DNA of 61,638 nt, taken from NCBI GenBank assembly GCA_913051705.1, contig CAJXCW010000002.1:1-61638 (forward strand). The letters are read 5' to 3'. The notes beneath the pieces are model-generated. The model saw nothing but the letters and a program-made list of their open reading frames with translations, made no database searches and was not told the DNA's origin. A program made the translations under genes and the position numbers. Below are positions 9,622 to 19,418 of the stretch, piece by piece (position 1 is the first letter of the stretch; every line of letters begins with the position of its first letter). The DNA comes from an uncultured bacterium (GTDB lineage: Bacteria; JAAXHH01).

Positions 9622-11064
9622 CTACAACGCCGCCTGACGCTTCGTTCGCTTGAGTTCTATCGTACCGCAACCGATGCACGAACGATTCGTGGGAAACATT
9701 TTTCCCGGATTGCTGATATTGGATGGATCGAAGACCTGCTTAACGCTTTCCATGGCCGCGATGTCCTGCTTGGAAAAAATAAGCGGCATGAGGTCCACCT
9801 TTTCATAACCGATACCATGTTCCCCCGTGATAGATCCCCCTAAATCGACACAGGCCCTCAAAATTTCATCCCCGGCAGCGACCGTCCTTGCCGCTTGTTC
9901 AGAATCTCTGTCATCATAGGCGATGCAGGGATGGATATTGCCATCCCCGGCATGGAAGACATTGCCGATCAACAGATCATATTTCTTCCCGGTTTTTTCG
10001 ATAATACGCATAATGTCGGGTAGTTTGGTTCGAGGAACCACGCCATCCTGTACATAATAACTAGGGCTTAAACGGCCCATGGCGCCGAATGCCCGTTTAC
10101 GACTCATCCAGAGCAGAGCTCGTTCTTTATCATCTTTAGCGGATTGAATATCCCGGGCGTTATTTTCCTGGCATACTTCTATAATACGCTCGGCCTGCGT
10201 CTCAAGGCCGGCTTCCAGACCTTCAATTTCAATAATTAAAACCGCCTCAGCATCCAGGGGAAAACCGAAATGAAAAGCTTCCTCCACAGCGCCTATAACG
10301 ACTTTATCCAACATCTCAAGAGCATCCGGCACAATACCTCGGGCGATAATACCTGCGACCGTATTTGACGCATCCTCAATCCGATCGAAGACCGCCAGGA
10401 AGGTCTTCCATGTTTGAGGCGATCTGGTGAGTTTGACCCAGGCACGCGTCACGATACCGAGCATACCTTCCGAGCCGATCAGGATGCCACGGAGGTCGTA
10501 GCCGGGAGAATCGTACGTTTTGCCGCCGAACCAGATGATCTGGCCGTCGGGGAGCACCACTTCCACGCCGAGCGTATGGTTGGTCGTTACGCCGGATTTC
10601 AGCGTATGCGGCCCGCCCGAATTCTCCGCGATATTACCGCCAATCGTACAGGCATACTGACTGGACGGATCCGGAACAAAATAGTATCCCTTATCGGCGA
10701 CTGCTTTCGATAAATGTAAATTGACCACGCCGGCTTCTACCAGCGCCCGCTGATTTTTTATATCGATCTCAACAATATGGTTCATCCTGGTCAGCGTAAT
10801 CATCACACCGCCTTCCGGAGATAAAGTCCCTCCACTGAGGCCGGTACCGGCACCCCGGGCCACAAAGGGGATATTCTCCTGGTGCAGTAGCTTTACCACG
10901 GCAGATACCTGTTCTACCGAAGTGGGTAAGACAACCGCATGCGGCGTGTTTCTATCTATAGTCAACCCATCACATTCATAGACAATCAATTCATCAGGCG
11001 CATCCACCACGCCGTCACGTCCCATAATATCGACCAGAGCTGAAATAAGCTGTTCTTTATTCAT
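9622..11064 (-). CDS. glcD: FAD-linked 2-hydroxyacid oxidase, GlcD (glycolate/D-lactate dehydrogenase)
   Basis: ARGAGTGLSGG, PDPSSQYACTIGGN, GSEGMLG, HAGDGNIHP, GEHGIG, NPGK. Start at MNKEQ (11064). Confidence 0.85.
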   Translation of the reverse strand: MNKEQLISALVDIMGRDGVVDAPDELIVYECDGLTIDRNTPHAVVLPTSVEQVSAVVKLLHQENIPFVARGAGTGLSGGTLSPEGGVMITLTRMNHIVEIDIKNQRALVEAGVVNLHLSKAVADKGYYFVPDPSSQYACTIGGNIAENSGGPHTLKSGVTTNHTLGVEVVLPDGQIIWFGGKTYDSPGYDLRGILIGSEGMLGIVTRAWVKLTRSPQTWKTFLAVFDRIEDASNTVAGIIARGIVPDALEMLDKVVIGAVEEAFHFGFPLDAEAVLIIEIEGLEAGLETQAERIIEVCQENNARDIQSAKDDKERALLWMSRKRAFGAMGRLSPSYYVQDGVVPRTKLPDIMRIIEKTGKKYDLLIGNVFHAGDGNIHPCIAYDDRDSEQAARTVAAGDEILRACVDLGGSITGEHGIGYEKVDLMPLIFSKQDIAAMESVKQVFDPSNISNPGKMFPTNRSCIGCGTIELKRTKRQAAL

Positions 11065-11090
11065 GTCTTTCCCTAAGCTCTTCCTCATTC

Positions 11091-11651
11091 TTACCGGCTC
11101 GACGATCTGATCAACTCCATAAATTCCATCCGGGTACGCCGATCCTTTCTGAAGCCGCCGAGCATCGCGCTGGTTTTGGTTTTGGAGTGCTGCTTTTCGA
11201 CACCGCGCATCATCATACACAAATGTTCCGCTTCCATGACGACAGCCACACCCCGGGGGTTGAGTTGTTCCTGAATGGTTTGCGCGATCTGATTGGTTAG
11301 TCGTTCCTGCAATTGAAGTCTGCGGGCAAACACATCAACAATACGCGGAATTTTCCCCAGGCCGATAATTTTTCCATCAGGAATATAAGCCACATGACAC
11401 TGACCGAAGAACGGTAATAAATGGTGCTCACACAAGGAATAAAATTCAATGTTCTGCACCGATACCATCTCATCATAGTCCTCTTCATAGATAGCGCCAT
11501 TTATAATGGTTTCAATATCCTGGCTGTAGCCCTGGGTGAGAAATCGCAATGACTGGGCTACACGAAGCGGTGTCCTCTGCAGCCCTTCACGATCCGGATC
11601 TTCACCGACTTCTGTAAGCAGGGATTTGGTCAAACCAACAATAGAATCCAT
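11091..11651 (-). CDS. folE: GTP cyclohydrolase I
   Basis: [41 protein letters not shown]. Confidence 0.95.
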   Translation of the reverse strand: MDSIVGLTKSLLTEVGEDPDREGLQRTPLRVAQSLRFLTQGYSQDIETIINGAIYEEDYDEMVSVQNIEFYSLCEHHLLPFFGQCHVAYIPDGKIIGLGKIPRIVDVFARRLQLQERLTNQIAQTIQEQLNPRGVAVVMEAEHLCMMMRGVEKQHSKTKTSAMLGGFRKDRRTRMEFMELIRSSSR

Positions 11652-11655
11652 ATAT

Positions 11656-12480
11656 TTATAACTCCTGCTCTCCATAATATTCGAAGGAATTGTTAGAGGT
11701 TTCGACCAACCGGATTTTATAGAGCGTCGGTTGGGTGAAATGGGGCGACAGACGGTTCCAGATTACACGCGCGAATTCCTCAGATGTAGGATTGACTTCT
11801 CTGAATTCTTCTAAATCCATATTGAGATTTTTATGGTCATACCGGTCGACAACCTCCCGTTGAATGAGCTCGTCCAGCAAACCCATATCAATGACCATGC
11901 CCGTCCTTTTATCGAGGGGACCACAAACCGTTACCTCCAACTCGTAGTTGTGACCATGTCCGTTCGGATTATTGCACTTACCAAAAATGCGGGCGTTTTC
12001 CTCATCACTTAATACCTGACTATGCAGCCTGTGAGCGGCGTTGAATTCAACTCGTCTGGTGACGTAGATCATCGTGTCGTCTCCAATATACTCTATTGAA
12101 CGTGTACGGCTTTCATAAATATTCAAACGAGCCAGTTCGCATTGCGTTAACATGGGGACCAGGCGATGCCATAAAGCCCGAGTCAAGCGTTCTGTCGTCG
12201 GCTCTTGCCCTTGAAAAAGGTCACCATTATCATTTAAATGAGTCATGTCCAACGGCGTGACCACCGTTCTCAGCAGCTGTTTAACATCTGCCAGATTGAC
12301 TACAATACCTGTCGAAGAATTAATTGATCCCTTGACCGTGGCTTCACAAATATAATCATGCCCATGTCCTGTGCCAACAGCACAATGGCCATATACATAT
12401 CGATTCTGATCGTCGGACCAATCCGGGTTCCGACAGACGTGTGCTGCTGAAAATATGATTTTCCGGGTTAAGAACATCAT
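11656..12480 (-). CDS. Tandem two-domain 6-pyruvoyl-tetrahydropterin synthase (PTPS-II type motifs)
   Basis: Two repeats: FSAAH...[11 protein letters not shown]...PTTE and FNAAHRL...[11 protein letters not shown]...PTSE. Confidence 0.85.
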   Translation of the reverse strand: MMFLTRKIIFSAAHVCRNPDWSDDQNRYVYGHCAVGTGHGHDYICEATVKGSINSSTGIVVNLADVKQLLRTVVTPLDMTHLNDNGDLFQGQEPTTERLTRALWHRLVPMLTQCELARLNIYESRTRSIEYIGDDTMIYVTRRVEFNAAHRLHSQVLSDEENARIFGKCNNPNGHGHNYELEVTVCGPLDKRTGMVIDMGLLDELIQREVVDRYDHKNLNMDLEEFREVNPTSEEFARVIWNRLSPHFTQPTLYKIRLVETSNNSFEYYGEQEL

Positions 12481-12491
12481 GGTCAGCCTGT

Positions 12492-12534
12492 AGGAACAGG
12501 GATTAAATAAGTGTGCTGTTTTATCCCTGTTCCT
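12492..12534. terminator. Inverted repeat between the ABC permease and PTPS genes
   Basis: aggaacagggat ... atccctgttcct, 12-bp arms. Confidence 0.45.
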
Positions 12535-13460
12535 TAATCCCTTCTATATGCTTGCGCCATGGCGGCCGGATACCGGGCATGTCCTGCAAAAAATATTAAC
12601 ACCAACAACGTCAATACATAGGGCAGCATGAGAAAAAGCTGATACGGTATAGACGTACCGATCGCCTGGAATTGAAACTGAACAGCATTGGCTATGCCAA
12701 AAAGTAACGCGGCGCCCATGGCACCAACCGGATGCCAGCGACCGATGATGACGATGGCCAGAACGATAAAACCTCGCCCGGCAGACATTCCTTCAATAAA
12801 GGTATTGGCGTGTGCCAGAGAAAGATAACTCCCGGCGGCGCCTGTCAAAATACCACATGCCAGAATACAACCATGCCGTACCCGATTCACAGGTATGCCT
12901 GCTGCATCAGCGGCCATAGGTGACTCTCCGACGGCACGGATAGACAGGCCCAGGGTAGTATAAAACAACAACCAGACCGCCACAGGTACCAGAAGAAAAC
13001 CAAGGTATACCGGCGCCGTATGTCCTGACAGGATATTCCCGATAAGAGGGATCTGATCTATTAAGGGGATATCGATCGGTTCAAATGTCTGCACCGTCAG
13101 GGCGGTTCCGGTTATACCGAAAATCTGCCGATAGAATACGCCTGTAAGTCCCAATGCCAACAGATTGAGCGCCGCTCCCATCACCACCTGGTCACTACCC
13201 AGATAGACCGTCACCAAACTGAACAAACCGGCAAGTAGAAACCCGGCGCCCATACCGACCAGGAGCCCTATCCAGGGACTGCCGGTAAAGTAAGAACCTA
13301 ACATCCCGCCCAGGGCGCCGGTCAGCATCATACCCTCCAGCCCAATATTAATAACTCCGGATCGCTCAGCAAAGATTTCACCGATCGATGTCATGACCAG
13401 CGGCGTGGCCATTTTGATCCCGGAGCGGATAAGGCTGATGATCAGGATAGCAAGGTCCAT
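12534..13460 (-). CDS. ABC transporter permease (nucleoside/BMP-associated)
   Basis: GEIFAERSGVINIGLEG, GLSIRAVGE, GRGFIVLA; highly hydrophobic. Confidence 0.9.
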   Translation of the reverse strand: MDLAILIISLIRSGIKMATPLVMTSIGEIFAERSGVINIGLEGMMLTGALGGMLGSYFTGSPWIGLLVGMGAGFLLAGLFSLVTVYLGSDQVVMGAALNLLALGLTGVFYRQIFGITGTALTVQTFEPIDIPLIDQIPLIGNILSGHTAPVYLGFLLVPVAVWLLFYTTLGLSIRAVGESPMAADAAGIPVNRVRHGCILACGILTGAAGSYLSLAHANTFIEGMSAGRGFIVLAIVIIGRWHPVGAMGAALLFGIANAVQFQFQAIGTSIPYQLFLMLPYVLTLLVLIFFAGHARYPAAMAQAYRRD

Positions 13461-13521
13461 ATATTACCAACTTGTCAGGTAACTACAATGTAACTCAAAT
13501 TTACGCATCATGCATCATATT

Positions 13522-14565
13522 TTAGATCTTACGTTTCACCCAGTACCTGCTCACTGCCGTACCCACAAGCACAAATAATAAAATTAAAGCCTGAATGACG
13601 TAAACCAGAACAGCTGATACATTCGCTTCTCTCTGCATGGCATTGGCGCCGGTTTCCAGCACACCGAACAGGATCGCTGACAGGACCACACCGCCAGGGT
13701 GCAAGCGGCCCAGAAGCGCGACGGCGATGCCTGTATAGCCATATCCCCCGCCAAACTGATCATAGAGCCGGTAGGTCACACCGGTTAATTCTATGGCCCC
13801 TGCCAGACCGGCCACACCGCCGCTCAAACACATGGTCATGATGATCGTCTTCGAGACAGGAATACCAGCAGCCCGTGCGGCGACCGCATTCATACCTACG
13901 GCCCGAATACGATAGCCGATAACCGTCCGGAACAGCAATATATATACAAGAATACCAATAATAAGGGCGACCAGGATGCCACTATGCAAACGGGTCGGTG
14001 GAAACCATCGTGTAAGTCGTAGGGACGCCGTCACCGGGTCTGTCTGCGGAAACTGCCCGGCTTCTTCCATTAGCGGCCCATGAACAGCAAAACTGACCAT
14101 CTGAATGGCAATGAAATTCAACATGATGGTGCTGATGACCTCCTGCACCTGTCTGTTGACTTTAAGGATACCGGCGACCGCCCCCCAGAGTGCCCCGGCA
14201 AACACACCTGAAAACAGGATCATCGGCCAGGCCAGGTAAGGCGTCCATCCAATGAAGAAAGGGGCCGTCCAGGCGGTCATTAAGGCCCCGATGAGGAACT
14301 GACCTTCAACCCCGATATTCCAGAATCCGCATCGGAAGGCCAGCATGACGGCCAGACCACTTAATAGCAAAGGACAGCTTCGGATACCGGTTTCCGCGAG
14401 ACTGTAGGCATTGCCGAATGCGCCGTTAAATAAAGCCGTCAGGGCTCTTAAAGCGTCGTAACCCGCTACTTGAATAAGAAGGCCACTTGTAATAAATGCG
14501 CCGAAAATGGCGATCAGGGGTATGGCAATACCCGCTGCCTGTTGTCGTCTGTCGGGCCACGCCAC
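13522..14565 (-). CDS. ABC transporter permease (nucleoside/BMP-associated)
   Basis: FWNIGVEGQ, EVISTIMLN, GYRIRAVG, GYGYTGIAVALLG. Confidence 0.9.
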   Translation of the reverse strand: MAWPDRRQQAAGIAIPLIAIFGAFITSGLLIQVAGYDALRALTALFNGAFGNAYSLAETGIRSCPLLLSGLAVMLAFRCGFWNIGVEGQFLIGALMTAWTAPFFIGWTPYLAWPMILFSGVFAGALWGAVAGILKVNRQVQEVISTIMLNFIAIQMVSFAVHGPLMEEAGQFPQTDPVTASLRLTRWFPPTRLHSGILVALIIGILVYILLFRTVIGYRIRAVGMNAVAARAAGIPVSKTIIMTMCLSGGVAGLAGAIELTGVTYRLYDQFGGGYGYTGIAVALLGRLHPGGVVLSAILFGVLETGANAMQREANVSAVLVYVIQALILLFVLVGTAVSRYWVKRKI

Positions 14566-16062
14566 TTAAGCTGCCCCCGCCATCAACCTGCCGATCTTCT
14601 CTCGAGAGGTATCTGGAGACACCAGGCCGACAATTCGGCCCTCAAACATAATCGCGATACGATCACTCAACAGAAAAATTTCATCCAATTCCGTTGAAAT
14701 TAAAAGGATGCCCGCGCCTTCTGATCGACGGGTCAGGAGTTCCTGATGTATTTCTTCAGACGCATTGATATCAACGCCACGCGTAGGGTTGAAAACGACA
14801 AGGATGTCTTTTGGTTCGGCCAGCGTCCGGGCGAATATGAGCTTTTGCTGATTCCCGCCGGAAAGGGTTGCCGCTGGTAGTTCGGCATGTCGAACACGAA
14901 TATCAAATTGTTTGATCAAACGGTGCACATCTGTTCGGATACGTCGAAAGTCCAGAAAACCAAATCGGCTGTATCTGTTCAGCCGATCTTCACTCAAGAT
15001 CAGATTTTCTTCAACCGAGAAATCTAAAATCAGACCGGTGCCATGCCTGTCTTGCGGAATTTGAGCCAGGCCCAGATTGGAAATATCCCGGACGGACAAC
15101 CCGGTAATATCATGCGCCCCTATCTTGATAGCGCCCGAGGCAACGCGTCGAAGACCGCACAGCGATTCCGCCAGTTCCTTTTGTCCGTTGCCATCTACCC
15201 CAGCAATACCCAGTATCTCTCCCGATTTGAGCTGTAAGGAAAGATCTCTCACCGCCCATTGTCCTCGATCGTCCTGTATATCGATATGATCGACCGTCAG
15301 CGCAGTTCGGGAAGAAGAAACAGGCGGTTTTATATTGGGACGTTTTATCTCACGGCCAATCATCAGGCGTGTCAAATTGGAAAGAGAGGCGGAGGATGTT
15401 TCCATAGAACCGGCCACACGACCATAACGAAGCACGGTAATCCGATCACTGATCGCCATGGCTTCACGCAGTTTATGCGTAATAAATACGATCGTATGAC
15501 CGGCATCCCGAAAACGGGTGAGGATCGTGAATAATTCTTCCACTTCCTGGGGGGTTAATACCGCTGTCGGCTCGTCGAGGATTAATGTTCTTGCGCCCTG
15601 CCTTAGGGTTTTTAAAATCTCAACACGTTGCTGGGTTCCTACAGATAACTGCCGGACAAGCACATCCGGTTCCACCTCGAACCCATGCTGGTGAGAAAAT
15701 AAACGGATGTCATCTGAGGCCTGTTTACGATTCAGTCGCCATCGATCCGACCGTTTTTCGCCGAGAATCAGATTCTCCATCACGGTCAGGGTCGGCACCA
15801 ATGAAAAATGTTGATGAATCATGCCGATCCCCAGCCCGATTGCATCCCTGGGCGATTGAATCCGCCTAACCTTATGATTAATACTGATTGACCCGCTATC
15901 CACCTGCGTCATGCCGTACAGCACATTCATAAGGGTTGTTTTGCCGGCGCCGTTTTCGCCCAGCAGGGCGTGTATTTCTCCCGGTCGCAGCGTTAAATTA
16001 ACGCCGTCAACCGCATAAGCGCCGTCAAATTGTTTACGGATATTTTGAAGTTCGATATGCAT
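14566..16062 (-). CDS. ABC transporter ATP-binding protein (two NBDs, sugar/nucleoside type)
   Basis: GENGAGKT, LSVGTQQRVE, LDEPT, LSGGNQQK. Confidence 0.92.
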   Translation of the reverse strand: MHIELQNIRKQFDGAYAVDGVNLTLRPGEIHALLGENGAGKTTLMNVLYGMTQVDSGSISINHKVRRIQSPRDAIGLGIGMIHQHFSLVPTLTVMENLILGEKRSDRWRLNRKQASDDIRLFSHQHGFEVEPDVLVRQLSVGTQQRVEILKTLRQGARTLILDEPTAVLTPQEVEELFTILTRFRDAGHTIVFITHKLREAMAISDRITVLRYGRVAGSMETSSASLSNLTRLMIGREIKRPNIKPPVSSSRTALTVDHIDIQDDRGQWAVRDLSLQLKSGEILGIAGVDGNGQKELAESLCGLRRVASGAIKIGAHDITGLSVRDISNLGLAQIPQDRHGTGLILDFSVEENLILSEDRLNRYSRFGFLDFRRIRTDVHRLIKQFDIRVRHAELPAATLSGGNQQKLIFARTLAEPKDILVVFNPTRGVDINASEEIHQELLTRRSEGAGILLISTELDEIFLLSDRIAIMFEGRIVGLVSPDTSREKIGRLMAGAA

Positions 16063-16358
16063 ATCGGCAAGACGGAGGAAGGGGAATAACACACGGCATG
16101 GATGCAAGATACCAGATCCGGCTAGTGCACGTCGGTGGAAGTATTGCTACATTTCAACAAAGCCTGTCATTCCCCCAGGCTTATGCGGAAATCCATTATT
16201 GGCCTGAGAAATGTCTTGTTGTTTCCGCCGCAAGGCAATAGATAGCAATTTCTATGATGACTGTATAATGGGGATGACGGTTTTATGACCTGGTCAGCCT
16301 TGCTTATCTAAAACGGTTAGGTAGCAGATAGGAGTATCACATCCTGCACCCTGTTTTT

Positions 16359-17336
16359 TCAAAACCCCTTCGGTACGACCAATTCACCTGTCAATATCTG
16401 CTGCCTGGCCGTCTCGATGAAGGCCCATACTTCTTCGGGAATACGATTTCTCAGGGCTGGATTGATATTCAGACTGACCACATTTTCTTTCATACCTAAA
16501 CGGCGTATCGACGCCTTAAAGACACCTGCTTTGACTTCTTGAGCAACCGTCAGCATGGCATTGGGGATACTTAAGACAGCACTGGCCAGGATCACATTCG
16601 GGGCAATGGCATTTTGATCTTTATTCGAGCCGAAGACAAAAACGCCTTTCCGCTCCTGAACGGCATGAAAGACACCGAGTCCAGCCGCATCCGCATTATG
16701 AAAAATAAAATCGACACCTTGATCAATGAGTGCCAGAGTCGCTTCCTTAGCTGCGCCGATGTCTTCCCAGTTACCGATGTACGAAGCCACGAATTGGATA
16801 TCCGGATTGACCGACACCGCACCGGCTCTGAACGCATCAAAACTGCTCTTTACGGACGGAATTTCGACGCCGCCCACCGCACCGATTTTACGGGTTTTGG
16901 TTTGTTTAGCGGACAGCATACCTAATAGAAACGTGGCCTGTTCGATCTCGAAAACCACCGGAGCGACGTTGTCTCGTACGGTGGTACCGGATGTCGTAAT
17001 AAATACCGTTTGGGGGAAGTCCGGCGCAACGGCTGCTGCTGCGTCCTGAAATTCAAAGCCATGGCCGAAAATAAGATGATAGCCGCCGCTGGCGTAATCC
17101 CGAAATCCCTGCTCGAATTCCGCCGGTGTTTTGGTCTCGACCTGACTGATAACGGCGTCTAACTCTTTTTTAATCAGTACCAACCCCTCATAAGCGCCTG
17201 CATTCCAGCCGGCGTCACTCACCGGGCCTGGCGTAAGCAGGCCGACCTTAAACGCATCCTGATTTATTTCTTCTCTCGGGCCGCAAGCCGATACCAAACA
17301 GACCAGCAGGACAAATAATATACGGTTATAATTCAT
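16359..17336 (-). CDS. BMP family ABC substrate-binding lipoprotein (nucleoside-binding type)
   Basis: Lipobox VSAC; GPVSDAGWN, GHGFEF, GNWED. Confidence 0.88.
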   Translation of the reverse strand: MNYNRILFVLLVCLVSACGPREEINQDAFKVGLLTPGPVSDAGWNAGAYEGLVLIKKELDAVISQVETKTPAEFEQGFRDYASGGYHLIFGHGFEFQDAAAAVAPDFPQTVFITTSGTTVRDNVAPVVFEIEQATFLLGMLSAKQTKTRKIGAVGGVEIPSVKSSFDAFRAGAVSVNPDIQFVASYIGNWEDIGAAKEATLALIDQGVDFIFHNADAAGLGVFHAVQERKGVFVFGSNKDQNAIAPNVILASAVLSIPNAMLTVAQEVKAGVFKASIRRLGMKENVVSLNINPALRNRIPEEVWAFIETARQQILTGELVVPKGF

Positions 17337-17351
17337 TGTCCACTTACCTGA

Positions 17352-18323
17352 TCACAACGCCGAAACAGCTACCTTGGTTACGGCTTCGACCGCCTCTTCT
17401 ATCGATCCTTTAAATACCACACCGGATGCATTTCTGTGGCCACCGCCGCCAAAGCTGCCGGCGATCTGATTGACATCCTTGCTACCTCGGGAACGTAAAC
17501 TGATGCGAACGGTCCCTTCATTGGTCCCAACAAAAATGATGCCGATTTCCACCCCGGAAATAGTCATGGTGGTATCGACAAATCCGCTCGTGTCTTCCGG
17601 CAGTGCCCCGGTCTTTTCAATCATGGAGGGGGCAACGGTAAGCCAGGCGACCTGCCCGTTTCCGGCGAACTGTATATTGGAGATAACCTGTCCCATCAGC
17701 CGGGTTCGCGCTTCGGAATTCTGATTGTAGACCAGATCATAAACCTGCGCAGGATTCACGCCGTGGTCAAGTAGCCTGGCTGTAATATCATGGGCATGGG
17801 GCGAGGTGCTGGCAAAGCGAAATGATCCAGTGTCGGTCAAAATACCCGTATACAGAGCGTCTGCTGCCCGTTTGGTCATGGAACCGCCCAGCGTGTCAAT
17901 CAGATTATAAATCAGTTCTGACGTTGAGGAGGCCTCTGTCTGTATAACGGAATGCGGTGTAATTAATTCTCTGTAGGGATGGTGGTCAATGACTGCTTTT
18001 ACCGCCTGACCGTGTTGTATCGGTTCCCCTAATTGTCCTAACCGCTCCCAACTATTGACATCCACGATAAAAACAGCATCTACAGCCGTAATTTGATTTA
18101 AATCCGCCTCGTCTACCGGCGCCATCATCTCCCGGTCAGGATCCAACCATTGATAGGCCATCGGTACCGCATCGCTCATCGCGACAACCGCCTCTTTTCC
18201 CTGCGCCTTCAAAAACTCACACAGCGCCAGCGCTGATCCAATCGAATCACCGTCGGGATTGACATGGCTGGTTATGGCAAATGACTGACTGGTATCAATA
18301 ACATGTTTTACATCATCCCACAT
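17352..18323 (-). CDS. nrnA: DHH/DHHA1 oligoribonuclease / PAP phosphatase
   Basis: HVNPDGDSIGS, IDHH, TDTGSF, SLRS, GGGGH. Confidence 0.88.
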   Translation of the reverse strand: MWDDVKHVIDTSQSFAITSHVNPDGDSIGSALALCEFLKAQGKEAVVAMSDAVPMAYQWLDPDREMMAPVDEADLNQITAVDAVFIVDVNSWERLGQLGEPIQHGQAVKAVIDHHPYRELITPHSVIQTEASSTSELIYNLIDTLGGSMTKRAADALYTGILTDTGSFRFASTSPHAHDITARLLDHGVNPAQVYDLVYNQNSEARTRLMGQVISNIQFAGNGQVAWLTVAPSMIEKTGALPEDTSGFVDTTMTISGVEIGIIFVGTNEGTVRISLRSRGSKDVNQIAGSFGGGGHRNASGVVFKGSIEEAVEAVTKVAVSAL

Positions 18324-18420
18324 AACAGACCTTCCATAGTTGCATAGTCCCTGCAATCCAGCTTCTCGGACACCCTCTCAGGGAACCAAATGGAATCATA
18401 ATCTATTTCAAAAGTCACAA

Positions 18421-18450
18421 ATAATACCGTCCAGACCCCTCTCATGTCAA
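18421..18450 (-). promoter_or_regulatory. Sigma-70-type promoter for nrnA and the ABC genes
   Basis: TTGACA-18 nt-TATTAT on the minus strand. Confidence 0.5.
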
Positions 18451-18536
18451 GTCTTATTTTGTGGGTAACTTGATGAGGTTGTTCGGAATAAGTGATTGAT
18501 AAATCTGAAAAAAACCACATCGCCTATGAGTTGGAA

Positions 18537-18565
18537 TTGACAGACGGATCATGAAGGCCTATTGT
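18537..18565 (+). promoter_or_regulatory. Sigma-70-type promoter for the DUF2064/selA-like pair
   Basis: TTGACA-17 nt-TATTGT. Confidence 0.55.
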
Positions 18566-18606
18566 AATGCGTATTTTAAATCTTTTTTCTCCAGGAGTCC
18601 TCATAC

Positions 18607-19320
18607 TTGAACGCCCTTGTGATATTCATGAAAGCGCCTCGTTCCGGTGCCGTAAAAACGCGGATGATACCCTGGTTGTCGCCCGAAGAGGCCGCAGATC
18701 TATATTGTGCGTTGATACAAGATACAGCCGCAATAGCAAGTCAGGTAGCCGGCGCGACAACACACATCGCCTTTACCCCCGCAGACGCTCAGCCTGTACT
18801 CCGGGAGTTGATAGATGATGAGACGATACAATGGTTTCTGCAACAGGGCGATGATTTGGGGGATCGCCTTAAGCTTGCGTTTCAGAAGATATTCCACGAG
18901 GGGTGGGAAAGGGCGGTTATCATCGGCAGCGATAGTCCTTTATTGCCTCCCGGTTATATCGAACAGGCGTTCGACGCCCTTAATTCCGTAGATGTCGTAT
19001 TGGGGCCGGCGACAGATGGCGGATACTATCTTATCGGGCTTGCACGGAGCGCGCGTGTACTTTCGTGTTACCACCATATATTTGATCATATTACCTGGAG
19101 TACCGAAAAGGTATATGAACAAACGGTACAGGCCATCCGGCAGTACGACTTATCCCAATCAGACCTGAATACCTGGGGAGACGTAGATCAAAAGGCAGAT
19201 CTCATCCGTATTGCGGTTGAAATACAGATCCTGAGAGAACAGGGTGAAAAGATATTGGGTTCGAATACAGAGCAAATACTTAAGGTGTTACAAACAAAAT
19301 TAAAATTGGTGATTGAGTGA
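18607..19320 (+). CDS. DUF2064 / TIGR04282-family GT-A-fold transferase
   Basis: FMKAPRSGAVKTRM, QQGDDLGDRL, IGSDSP, LGPATDGGYYLIG, ITWST, DVD. Confidence 0.85.
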   Translation: MNALVIFMKAPRSGAVKTRMIPWLSPEEAADLYCALIQDTAAIASQVAGATTHIAFTPADAQPVLRELIDDETIQWFLQQGDDLGDRLKLAFQKIFHEGWERAVIIGSDSPLLPPGYIEQAFDALNSVDVVLGPATDGGYYLIGLARSARVLSCYHHIFDHITWSTEKVYEQTVQAIRQYDLSQSDLNTWGDVDQKADLIRIAVEIQILREQGEKILGSNTEQILKVLQTKLKLVIE

Positions 19321-19418
19321 TTGAGAGGCTGTCTCTCAATTTGATTTGCTCATCTGCTCATTTGTTTTATTCAATCACCTATCACTCAATCACCAATCAC
19401 CAATCACCAATCACCAAT
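19305..19418. repeat. Short tandem repeats (CAATCAC x4) with an inverted arm
   Basis: attggtgattgagtgat (19305-) pairs with atcactcaatcaccaat (19381-). CAATCAC x4 at 19387-19414 runs into the next ATG. Confidence 0.75.

Noticed and set aside
16108-16358. Riboswitch or sRNA between the BMP and ATPase genes
   Set aside because: Only a degenerate gtcattccc...gggatgac palindrome-like remnant; no recognisable aptamer. An Rfam scan would be needed.
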